The translations under genes were made by a program, and so were the position numbers. Shown piece after piece: positions 24,381-37,000 of a stretch of DNA of 64,000 nt. This DNA is from Takakia lepidozioides. Its lineage: Eukaryota; Plantae; Bryophyta. The stretch is taken from positions 40,362,001 to 40,426,000 of the forward strand of contig CM060732.1 of assembly GCA_030704615.1 (NCBI GenBank), read 5' to 3'. The notes under the pieces are model-generated. The model had not been told where the DNA came from. It made no database searches and worked only from the letters and a program-made list of their open reading frames with translations. How positions within the stretch are numbered: position 1 is the first letter of the stretch; every line of letters starts with the position of its first letter.

Positions 24381-25821
24381 TTGACGGTCCGGACGTGTGG
24401 GTACGTGCATGTGATCAACGTGCAAAGTTGTTCAAGAAAGTCATGCCCATGGCTTTTGAGAACCTTGCCATTGCACAACACCGTGATACGTTGAGGTATG
24501 CCACTATACGTGGTGGAGGATATCGTCCTGAGGTTCGGAGGTTTAGCCTTGGTGACTATGTTTATTTGCAGCAGACTGCTCCTACGACCTTGGATGTTAC
24601 TGTAGGGCGTGTTATTCTGAGGGTTCGAGAGGTGTTGCCCTCAGGGGTCCTGATCTTGGAGGGTCGGGATGACATGACTTGGAAGGACCATGTACGTAAT
24701 TGTGCGCCATGTCACCTTCCCAATGTCGATGGCAGAATTGACCCGAACTTGACAGTGGTACCTGCAGATTTGAGGTGCATGCTCTGTGGGTCTGCCAAAG
24801 GGGCAGCCACTATGCTGGTGTGTGATTGATGCTCAAGAGGTTGGCACATGGGATGCTTGACAACACCTCTTGAGAGGGTTCCTGATGGAGATTGGTTATG
24901 TCCACACTACTTGGTATAGTGGTAGTGGATATGACTAGTGACAGCTAACAAGACATGGGGGGCCAAGCTCATCGAAGTCAATACACGAGATCCCAGGCTT
25001 AAGTTCACAGGTTGCAAGACGACGACTAAAGATGGGGCAACTCTTGCACCCGGCCTCTTGATCGATCGAGTTTGAGTATAGTAGGGACAGTGGTGGAGGA
25101 CTTAGTGAGGCTATGGTCACTATCACATCTTGTGGCTACCTGGATTTAGAGGGACCTAAGCACCAGCTAGGGGGGCGATTGTGGTGGACTACCATAGTGG
25201 GCAGCCTAGCGACTGACTAGTGGTAGTCTAGTGGTTGGACTAGTGGTATACTAGTGGGTGGTGTGCACATGTGTTGTGTGGTTTTGGACAGCGATGTAGT
25301 TGTGTAGCGATATGTATGCGCACGACAGCTGTCAAGTTATTTCACCACTAGTGTGAACTAGCTAGAAAATAGCTAGCTTTTACATATTGACATTTGGGAT
25401 TGGCCCAAGTGTCAATCCAGGGGTCAAAGCAGATTTAGGCCCTGGAGTGGTTAGCTTCATGGCAAACGCGGGAGGCTCATCTTTCTCGAGTTGAGCCTCA
25501 CCGCGCCTAGCTATGGCGCCGTAGTGTGGATTCCCCATGGCGCGAGGTGCACTTGGCTTGACTTGTATTTGAGTGATGAGTTTATATATGCATGAGTTCA
25601 TGTTTGAACTTTGTGAGCTCGCATGAGCTTGTGCTTGTATTCTTCTTCTTTATCATTGTGGTGGACTAGTGACTGCCATAGTGGGCAGCCTAGCGACTGA
25701 CTAGTTCAGCCTAGTGGTTGGACTAGTGCTGGACTAGTGGTATACTAGTGGGTGATGTGCATATGTGTTGTGTGGTTTTGGACAACGATGTAGTTGTGTA
25801 GCGATATGTATGCGCACGACA
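24381..25821 (+). mobile_element. 3' end of a second C-family element (D): integrase tail, PHD, PPT, B1-GC-A-B2
   Basis: Protein highly similar to C's integrase/PHD; PPT 25169-25175; B1 25180-25327, GC, A 25330-25655, B2 25657-25821 ending GCACGACA. Confidence 0.92.
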
Positions 25822-26099
25822 AAGGCAATTCACCTCACAGCCCTCTGTCCTCTCACGGCCATTATTACCAACAAACGGAAGCTAGAATCCAACCCACTTT
25901 TTGTCCCTTAGCCCTCCTCAACACCTTAGGTACCCATAGGTACCTAAGGGTACCCTGGGTACCCTTATGGGTATCCACTGTACCCCTTGGTACCTCCACC
26001 CCCCGGTTCCGCTGTCCCCTGGACACCTGCATTACTTATAGGGCCCACCCCCGAAAGGGGGCAATAGCCTCAAGGCGAAATGACTCTTAGTTACGCCGG

Positions 26100-27400
26100 C
26101 TTAAGCCGGAGTATTCTCTCTCTTACTCTCTCTATCCAATAACACATCGATCTCCTTGCTAGGGCTATGTATAGTAAAATCCTTTGGGAAGATCCAAGAG
26201 TTCACAAAGGAATTATCAGCAGATGCAAGTATCGCTGGTGTATCATCATTGAGCCCGAAAATGATTGGCACAACATTAATGGCCATAACAAAAGGCGGCA
26301 AGCTATCATCGGACAACATCAGCTTGAGAAGGATTTCAACGTACTGTAGAAGGCGGCCAGGTTTTCCATCCACGCCCTCAGCTAGCTGGAAAATTATAGC
26401 CTCAGCTGATCTGGAGAGATCCCAAAAAAAAGACGCCACGACAATCAAAACGTCATGTTGGCTGAGTGCCCTAGGAATAGGATGGAGACAAGTCTTGCGG
26501 TTAGACATCGTCTCAAACATGAGCCTCAGGAGTTATCTCCTGGATATCAACATGATCAGGAGTAACGTTAGAAAAAACATTTAGGAGTGAAGTAGAGCTG
26601 GGGGACTAAGAGCTCTATCATCATTGGAAAAATGAAAATCAACATTAACATGACCCTTTGTATGAAAAAGATGAGAGATACTGCTTAGGAACTCCTCAAT
26701 AATAGAAACAATGATGAATTATCTAACGTGGTCAGTTTGAGAGAAGATCAGATCTTGGAGGCCTTAGGTGTCGCGGCCCTTTGCCTTGAGGGCAGGGGAT
26801 CGAGACACAACAGGGTTTGTCCCTATGGTGGGGACAGTAACTGTTGCGGTCCTTTGCCTCGAGGGCAGGAGATCGGGACACAAGAGGGGCTACCCTTGTG
26901 GTGGGGGGCGGCGACAACAAGTAGGAGTGGGGGCTGAACGACCCTTGAATGGGCGGAGGCGCTCACTAGGTGGAGCCTTGCAACCGGGTTGTACCGGGGG
27001 CTCTGAGTGGGGGTGGTCGTAGCATAGAGAGTCGTAGTGGGGGAGGCATAAGACTCACTGCGGGGTTGAGGCCTTGTGGTGGGAGTCGTGGAGAGTCTTG
27101 GGGCTCACCATGGTCCATTAGGGCCGTGGTGGGTGGGCTAGGATTCACCGCGATTCATCACAGGGATTCTAGGGTACTGTGCTAGTGCATAAAAAAGGAC
27201 ATGGGGCTGCTTGTGAGATCCCGACAGACACCACCAAAAATATATATAGGGAGTAATAACCCTGAGAATGGTACAAGCCCGTTAAGCGACTAGCCAGGAG
27301 CTTGCCGCCCTAAACGGGTCATTTGAGATTTACAACTCATAACAAACGCCCTTCAATGACAACATGAATTGATAGCAATAAAAATATGTATAATGTCCTA
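26100..27400 (-). mobile_element. Degenerate LTR-retrotransposon remnant (possible tRNA-Lys PBS)
   Basis: Minus-strand TGGTGGTGTCTGTCGGGAT near 27217-27236 resembles TGGCGCCGTCTGTGGG; decayed ORF and short repeats downstream. Confidence 0.35.
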
Positions 27401-27773
27401 GCATCTCCCTAAAATACTAGGTTCTGACAGTCTGTGTGGAAGGTTATCTGACCTAGACCTTGTCTCCCTTGAACGGGTCATCTGGCATTTACAACTCATA
27501 ACAAACACCCTTCAACGACAACATGAATTGATAACCATAGAAACAGATATAATGTCTTACTGACACTGGCGTGTTTCTCAAATGAGGTTTGGCTACATCG
27601 GACTATGTATCCTTTCTAAATGCACACTTGACATGTCTCTCAATATTAAGTTCAAATACTCTTTTGGGTTCACGTCGTAATTTTACACAACAAACACTTT
27701 GCCTGCCCACAACAACTACATTACAAAACATAGATCAATTTAATAATCATGTAAGCTGCACATTGGGTCCTAC

Positions 27774-30700
27774 TTAGGCCTTGAGTATCTGCCGAGGTCT
27801 ACCTACAGCACTTCGGAAAAACGTTCCCTTCCACTGTTTCTTAGACTTGAGGTGCTTCACATTACCTCTCAAGGCTTCTAGTGCATGTGGTGTGCCTGCC
27901 TGCACATCAACAAGAGAACCATATAAAATCTGATCAATTTATAACCTCATTATATATCGACAATTTGTGTTAGAGTGTTTCTCTATTTCCCAACCAAACC
28001 TCCTCCAAAAAGATTGTCAAAAAGTGGAAATATTACCTTGGGGAAATCACTCCCTATATAGTTTAAGGAATCATGTGCAACAAAGAGGTATTTTCTATGG
28101 GGATATTATTATTATTATTTTTCATCCATCCTATAACTGTTTAATTTTGTAATATGCACAATTATCAGGCAGATTTAAAAAAATATATTTAACTGTAATC
28201 ATCAAATATTTGATACCCCATAGTAATATAAAAATAAAACAATTTTTTATGATATTTTATTGCTCAATGCTCTAATGCATTTATCAAACAAATGATTAAA
28301 AACTGTTGCATATTTTGAATGTAGTGAAAAAATATTCCTTAGGTGAGAGAGCGATCTCACATCAAAGGAATAAACCGAAGCTTCCGACAACACAATGAGG
28401 TCAATAACTAACGTAACTCTTGAGTCAGAGAAGAAGACAAAGTGAGAAAAAAATAAAATAATCCTAAACCAAAATGTATCCTCCCTAAACCAAAGGCTCT
28501 CGTCCAGTTCAAGTCCCGTCATCTAGGTCCAACTAGTCATTTATGAATTCTCAATACAAATATACCATATGAGAATGAACGACACATGTCCTCGCCATTG
28601 TGGCAGCCCTATATCAAAAATATTTATAATTGGAGCATATATTCATAACCCTATTTTTATTTAAATCCTAAGGACACCCAATTTTATTTTTAAAAATATT
28701 GTAAATTTTATCTTCAAAGAATATATGTTACCCTATATTTTTTTGCACGTCGTTTGAAAAAAATGGAAGTGACTTCCCTTGGAATATTACTTGTTCCCAA
28801 CACTTGAGCAAGATAAACCACATTGCATACGTACTACAAGATCTCTCTTCATGTCTCTCATTTCATCATCTCCTTCTCATGAAGATCCATTAGGCAAAAA
28901 CACATCAAGTGCCTTGGACCTGAAATGACTTGCCAAGACCTTTGAGCCATACGGGAAATGGAAATGCAATCACTGACCTCCACAACATATACATCGATCC
29001 CTGCCGCTGCAATTGAAGCAGCCTCTGCAATCTTAGTGGCCATGCCTCCAGTTGTGTCATGTGCTGCCACCGTGGTCTGCACTGCTCTCACAAGAAGCAA
29101 AGGATTCTAGCAGGTTAGATAAACTTGAAAGGAATGTGTCTCCTGTTTGAACACATTCCTTGTCCCATAAGCTCTTTGAGCTGCCCACGATGTTATAATG
29201 TACATTCCATTTCTTGTGCAAACTATGTTGGTCTGTCATTAAAATATGGGAATCACATAGACCCGAGTCGAGATGTCTTGGAGACAAGCACCCAACTCTC
29301 CTAATGAGGACAACGGGAGTTCATAGACATGCCATGTGAGAGATTAAGAGGTGGAAACTACCTGAGCTCTTGGTGTTGCTGACAAAAGGCGGATCCACAA
29401 TGGTCCAACTGCAATCCTCAAACACCACTGACCCCCAAATACAGTCAGAGGAGTCCCAGTTGATGGATATTTACGATGCTTTAAAACACACACAAACGTA
29501 TGGGGGGGATAGGAGAGATGTACGTTAAGGCCAAGGAGAAGGGAGAAGAGGAGAGCAGGAGCGGGCCACTACCTTCATGGAGGGTGTGCTCCAGTGGTGG
29601 GACTCACTAGTATATACAAGATTGATTCTGGTGTTCCAAATTGTCTGGAAAGTGACCTTTACCATTGCACCAATCAGAAGTGAAAGTTCATCCCCAATTT
29701 CTAACCCAAGGACCATCAGAGATTTTGGGAGTCTCAAGGTTATCATCTATCCAAAATTTGCAGGTCCAGTCTTTCTGCTGCTAAGGAAGGGGGCTTTGGG
29801 TCAGCAGAATACAGGCAGCATTGCATCAGAAAACGTATGCTGTCCACCTCATCATGTCCACCATTGGGCACATAGATTTCTCCAAACTGAGTAATTTTAC
29901 TGTTCAGAGTAAGCACTGATGAGAGATCATCAATAGATATTAATCACGAGTTATCACGAGTAATCACGAGTATCGCACATTGCTCAATTTTTGAGTACTA
30001 CCACAGACCCATTGGTAAGCAGTCAACGCCTCCAGCGTATTGTAACATTGAACCTCAAGAAACCCGCCTGTGGCAAAAAAGACCAAGAGACACACTATTA
30101 GACTCTGCTTGGCATAGCTAGAGAGAGAAGAGAACTGACCAATCTCCTTTAACAGGGTGGCATCAGGCTCGGAAGGAGGACGATCAAACACCCCTGGCAC
30201 ATTAGTCTGCACATTGTCAAGGCTCGATATTAGTGACCATAGCCTGGAGCTGCATGTATCCTTGCTCCCTTACACGATTCCCTTCTCCTCCAGATGTAGC
30301 TGCTTAATATAGTGAAAGACAAACAACAGAAGAGATTGACAGGATACCAGGAACACAACATAGCTGGGCTTCAAGTCTTGGGCGAGCCGACGTACGACCA
30401 CATCTCCACTGAGAATAGTGCAACCCTTTGGAAGGCAACAAACACACGGGAGACATACCATGTCAGGTGTGCAAGGTCCTCACCTTAGTTAGTAGATGAT
30501 GCCTAACTAGGTGACTTCACTTCGACTCCTAAAATATGAGATCATCAAAGTAACAGTGCACATGGAAATGATAATCCAGCAGTCTACCAAACAAGATCAT
30601 CACGCTATGCTGGGTTCTAGTTCACTTGCATAAATTTCACAATTGATAACATAGAAAATGCCCAATTTCCAACAAAATATCATCCACTCTGATTTTCTAT

Positions 30701-32644
30701 GCACTGTGAATGACAAACCCCTAGTCACATATGGACCCACCAAGTACAGCTGACCCCCAAGCACATGGATGCATGATATCTAATGCACACACAAAGGCAT
30801 TTACATCTATGCTGAAGCTGAGGTGCGTTGGAAATGGAAGCTGGACACAAGACACAAGACTGTTTGACTGGCTTTTACTCAACAATGTCAGCCCATCAGC
30901 AAGGCTGTGCTGCTGACCTGGGCACTGTCCAGCACTGCATCTCCATGCAACACCTGTGCCACCAATCAAACTATCCTATGTCACTGTTTGTGGTAGCACA
31001 CAAAGCACCAAAAGACATGGGGAAGAGATATTTCTTCCAGGTGCTAGCGAAGCCAAGCAACAGAAACCCAGAGACTCTATTACTGTGGTGAACGCACCGG
31101 TACAAAACCTGCATCAACTGTGCGTAGTACTTCTGCCACATTTTCTCGCTTCAACTGCAACCATGATAGGAGTGGAAACAAATTAAGGTCCCGCGTCACT
31201 GATAACTTTCAGGTCAATTATGTGGAGAAAGAAAACATCAAAACATCCCAGACACCGCTCGAAGACAGAGTGCCCATGCAAGCTGCCACTAAGGTTAAAG
31301 CTTTGCCCCAATGAAGTGGAAAAGAGAAAGCAGATGTCTTACAGTTTGCTTATGAGTGGACCAGCCTGCAGAAAATGGAGAGACACCAACAGCAGGGATG
31401 CCCCCTGTTACCAAGCAACAAAGTCAGCTTCCTCCCTTTTTGCACTACAAGTATGGCTGGAGCATTGTACGAACTACATTGAAAATGAAGCATGACACTA
31501 GCATAAGAGGGTGAAATAACCTCTGATACCTGCTGCAAGGGTTCTCACAACCTCTTGATTGAGCTTTGTAACCTGCACATCCAAAACCACTCACCTCATT
31601 GAGTATTGCAGAGACCAACATTCCATCAGTCACTGTGTCTATGATCGCCATTGTTCCCTAACATAAAAACAAACAAGACCAGCAGGTTCATAAAACAAGT
31701 TGTGTCCAGGTGGAGACCATGGGGACAAGAGGAGAGAGGAGCAGCAGCAAAGAAGAGTGGCTGAAGTAGGATGGAAAAAAGTATACATACTGAAATACGT
31801 GTAGCCACAAAACCAGCTTTCACAAAAGAAGCCTTCAAGTCACCTTTATTGACACCAGATCGGCTGGCTTGGAAGTGGCCAAATGAACCTGCCCCCATTC
31901 AGCCAATACAGATACTTAAAAGATACTTACAACATGCATGACATGGTAACATAAGTGATGTTGATTTTGACTCATTCTCAAGAAAGGTTTTACTACAACA
32001 TCAACTTGCTCCAGATATTCACAACAGACCCAAAGAGGGCCACAACTTTTCAGAGTTGTCTCTAGCTTGAACTTTTCAGATAATCACTTTGAGCTTTTGC
32101 ACTCCTTAGATATGTCAACAGTTATAGTGGTAATGCACTGGATTTCCAGTATTGGTTTTTTGGGACAATGACTAACAAATTTGACAAACCTGAACCTGCT
32201 ATGATTGCATTGTTGACCTTCAAATTTCCTTTTATTTAGATCTTCAGGCGTTTTCGGGTGTTAGAAGGTCCAAGCTCCCTAGGGTTTTCTGTCTTTTTTG
32301 AAGATTTTGGGCATATTACATTGAAAGGACATGTCGGGTTTTGGTTTGACTCCTAGCATATATGCTTCTTGCATGCCTAGAAGTGAAGAACTTTGTTCTA
32401 TACTAGTGCCCAGGTTTGGAGCTTGACTTTCATACTCGGACCTACTCTCAATTTAAAGCTAAACCTAATGCCCTGAGTGCGAAATCCTTTACAGAGAAAG
32501 AAGCAAAAGAATCACTGCATCTATAAGAAGCCTCAAGGGCCTATGAGACCAAAAGAAGGTTCCAGAGAGGGAAAGGAAGTAAAGAGAAATTACTCCGTCT
32601 AGTTGAAACCAGAGTAGAATAAGAACAAAAGAAAACACTCAAGT

Positions 32645-32703
<59 letters not shown>

Positions 32704-33432
32704 CTGTACCACTATAGTACAATCTCAGGAAGGGTAGGCACTCTCCAACCTGCCCCATGAACCACGATGAAGGCATTGGGAATGTCCAATTGCTGCCCTC
32801 CAGAATCGGATGGCAGCTCTACATCCAGGACACCATCTCTTCGGCTCCAATCCATTTTCAGGCCACCGCTTGATCTCATCCCCATAGCCTCTCTCAAATG
32901 ACTGGTGGTGGCCGCCATTACAGGATCATTGATCGTTTCTAGTTCATCTTTCCGTGTAATTGCTGCTCCGCCTGTAATGACAATGACATGAGAATAGTTA
33001 GTAATCATGCGATGCTTTCTACAGCGTTCCCTTCGGAGTTCTCTCGATGTTCCAGTGTATCCATGGGCTCTAACCCCCGTTGATTATTTCTTCTTCTTTT
33101 CTTCTCGCTAGCTTCCCGCTTCCTATGTAAGCTATAACTTTCTTCGGGTTCCCAGAGGCAAGAATTAGTGAAGATCTGACGTGTGATCACTAGAATCACA
33201 ATGGACTGAACGACCCAACTGCCTGAATGTTTAACTTGGTTGGCTGTGCACAAATGTTCATCTTCCTGCGAAAATTGAACTTGAGCAACTGATTCTTGAA
33301 CAGAACGCAGGCAATGGGAGAGAGGCACGGACCCAGCTTGACAATGCAGCGCACAGACCGGTGCGTTGAGGCAAGAGAAGGGAACTGGGATTGAAGTAGT
33401 TCCAGAGCGCTTCCCTCAGGTCCACCCGCCAT
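27774..33432 (-). CDS. IPK: Isopentenyl phosphate kinase (amino-acid kinase family), ~12 exons
   Basis: Exons: CIVKLG/GAAITRK..VVHGAG/SFGHFQA..ATRIS/VTKLNQEVV/GIPAVGVSPFSAGW/..GFVP/VLHGDAVLD/GCTILSGD/TNVPGVFDRPP/../HDTTGGMATKIAEA/..WKGTFFR..stop at 27774. Confidence 0.93.
32646..32701. repeat. (GA)n microsatellite in an IPK intron
   Basis: ~27 GA units. Confidence 0.95.
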
Positions 33433-34018
33433 GGCCTCCTAACCCAAATCCCCCCTTCTCTCTCCCAAACTCTCTCACTCCTCTTCTCCGTCTTCTTTCC
33501 TCTTCTCTTTGAGATCTGCAGGCGGCAAAACCCCGCCCTATCGTTTTGCTCCCTGGCTAAAACAGACAGGGGCGGCGAAACTGCATTCTTGCGAGTCCTA
33601 TGGAAGAAGGGCTCTGCGAGGTTTGCCACGTGGGGAAGGTGACGACTGCCAAGTAGGTGATGCCTGCATTCTGATTTTGCTTACTTGCTTCCCACGCATC
33701 CTCATGCCTCCACCGCTCTTGGGTTTTTTTTCTCGGCCCTTCTAGCAAGCTCTGTGGGTGGAGGAGAGGGTGAGGATTGAGTTTTGTGCTCTGTACAACA
33801 GTTTTCAGAGAATCAGTGTTGAATCGATCAGCTGGGAGGGCAAAGTAGTTTAGACTTTCTTTTGGGCGATTTGTAGGATTGAAAGCAAAGGGGAGAAGGC
33901 GGGAAATTGAGTTTGCTTATCTGCTTGGCAGAAAATTGAGAAGAAGAAGCGGTGACGCTGAAGCATACTAGGAGAGAGAGGATTTCGACTGTGTGTGGGG
34001 GGTTGTCTCATCATAGAC

Positions 34019-37000
34019 ATGGCAGGAGTTGCCTCGCTATCTGTTTGGGCGTTGTCTGCTACTCCAGCGTGTGGCCACAGCGCAGCCGACAATACCCAAC
34101 AGTCTCTGCAAGTTTTGGCCTTTAGGCCTCTCTTGGCTGAAATCAGTGGAAAACGAAAATGCAGAAAGCATATTGGGAATCCTCCACAATCGTTTCAGGC
34201 ATCCAGTAGCGGGTTACGAGTAGGGGCGTTTCCAGCTCACATGGCATCCGTCCGAAAAGGTGGGAAAAGCTCTTCAACGATTCCTAGTGTAGTCCCCTCA
34301 CTGCAATCGCCTGCCCAAAGACGAGTTTCCAGCAAATAATTTCTTAGTGTAGGCTAATCCATGCGCTTCCGATCGGAAGAGAGACATATATCCATTTACC
34401 AATCTCTGGAAAATTTTGCTACAACGTATCCTTGTGTGTTTTTAGCTGTCGTGGTCTCCTTTACCCACCAGGTTGTGGCCTCAGTTCGAAATGGCCAAGC
34501 TCACGCGCAGGTGAAGAGCTTGAAGTTAATTGCAGGCTTCATTTAAGGGTCGATTGGAGAGCTAGAGACAACATGTTCATGGGAGGCGAAGGGACACAGA
34601 ACAAAGGAAATGAAATGAAATGGTACTTTATAACGGAAAGAGAGAGAGAAAAAGAGAGATGTGTCTTGTGTCGTCTAGTTCCTTGGCAACAAACATGAGA
34701 GTTATGAAGTGGCTCTTTGCAATGTGGCGATGGAAAGAAAGAACGCTATGCCCATGAATTCTGAATGAAAGTGATCTTCACTTGGCTGTGCAGAACGGGG
34801 AATGCAAGAATTGGCAGCGGGTCTTGCAGGAAGCCATGGAAGAGGTGGCTGTGGAGGTGGAGCTCTACACTCCGAGATGAATATTTTTGCTCGTATTACC
34901 CGCATATTTCGGGTCTACGTCTTGTCTCTCTCCTTCGTCACTCTTGCTTGATCTTGTTTCTTTGGCATCATCTTGAAGACGCAAAAAACCAATTGATAGG
35001 ATTAAGATGTCTTCTTGAGACTGTTGTACACACATAAGATGTTTCTTCTGTCATGGGTTTCATTCTGTAAGATCATCTAGTTCAACTATAGATTCAAAGA
35101 TTCAAGTGCCAGAATTCTGGATGTGAAGAATGGAAATTTATAATATCTGGAGTATTTGCTTCTGCTTTCTGGGGTCTAGGCATTTTTGGTCTTCTCCGGT
35201 GTATTCTACAGTTTATTTAAGTTCCTAGGGCTGGGGGTATCTCTGTATTCATGCACATGTCCACAGCTTCCAACCTAGCGTAATTGGCATTGTTATGGTA
35301 AGATGTTGCTTGCGACTGGTCAAGACTCAGGAGCACTGTAAAGTTTCTCTTGGTATGCGCCATTGGTCACCTTCCAACTTCTATTAAAGTTGACACCTAA
35401 GTATAAGCTCAACACTTCTGTGATCCAAAACCCAGTCCTAGTCTTCTTATATTACTCTCACCTAGACCTTACCTTGGTATAGAAAATTGGTTCGGCTTTC
35501 CAGATTTCCTCTAGAAATCCCTTCACATTGTTTATACCAAGGTAAGTCCCATTCGTGGAGTGAGCCCCTCACAAAGGTAGTGTCTGTTCCCTCTTGTGCC
35601 GCCCAAACTGGGCGTGGGGTCTACTGCCACAAGGCTACAGCAAACAACGTCTCATGAGTATGTCCTTGCATTCTTATGAGTATGGCTTACGAACATTGCT
35701 GTGCATGTTTGTTGGAAGCAGTCCTATGCGGAAGTGCTGCTGAGCTCAAGAGAGGATCCTGAGAAGATTGTAGACCAAGCTGTGGAGGAGATGAATAGCG
35801 ACTTGGCTAAGCTTCGGCAAACCGCTGCCCAGGTTAGTTGGGAAGTCATGTGAAATTTGCTTAACTTGGCATTCTCACACCTCCCCTTCTCTCTCTTTTT
35901 CTGAGTCACCCAGCTCTTCAGTTAAATGCAGTTGAAGTGCTTCCTGTTTGCACTCCATCTTTGTGCAATGTGTGGGGTGTGATTGTTCTTTTGTATCTTT
36001 ATTTCTACCGTGCTGTTCTACTGGGTTGCATGTGCACTTTGGCCCTCCTTTGGACATAGTAAGTTCCTTTGAATCATCATCTTCTTGGAGGATCTCTCTG
36101 TTCCCACCTCTCCAAATCTTCCAGAGAAATGTGAGCACCTGCTGTTGGTTTTCACAAGACTGAGCAAAGGACTAGCTAGGATTTGTCTGGTGTTGTGTAC
36201 GACTGAACAGCTGGAAACCACTGTTTTCCCCTCCTTTTCTATATACTACCAGAGCAGGGACGGAGACTACTGTCTCTGTTGAGATTCCTCATCCTTGGCA
36301 AAGACCTTTAGCTGAAAAAACTTGGAAGTGCTTAGCAAATTTCCTGCACAAGGAACTCCATTTCTATGTGGTGTTTGAGGTTTTATGTACCATTGTTGTC
36401 ATTCTTTTGTACATTTACCAAGTCTCATAGGCCCTCTGGGCTTCCCATGGAAGGAATTAATTCTTTCTCCTTATTTTCTTCCATGCTTTCTCTCTCTCTC
36501 TCTCCCTCTCCATTTTCTTTGTGGTTTGGTGTTGTTGTATTGCAATGGCCTCTACTGAGAACCTCAGTAACAACCTTGGCAAGCGAAGAAATGCTAAACC
36601 TGGAAGGGCCAGCACAGAGAAACACACCTAGGACAGACTGACCAGGGTAGAGTGTCATGCACACCAAATTCCAGGAAAAACCAATCCCCACAGAAAAGGA
36701 TGCTCAGCCACAAGACACCAGGATTCAGTCCTGAAAGAATATACTCCTTTTCTCTCACTTCCATTGAGGTCCATAGGCCCTTCAGGCTTGCAGTGGACAA
36801 GTCCAATTGGTTGTGACTTACCTGCCCTGATGTTCCAATGTGCAGGTGATTTCAGCAAAGAGAATTTTGGAAAATAAATTCACTGCAGCACAAACTGCTA
36901 GTGAGGAATGGTATGTGTCTTTGGTGTGAATTTGCCCCATTAAGTTAATATTTCTCAATAATTGAGGCGAGTTCAATTTCAGATATTGTCAAGTGTAACT

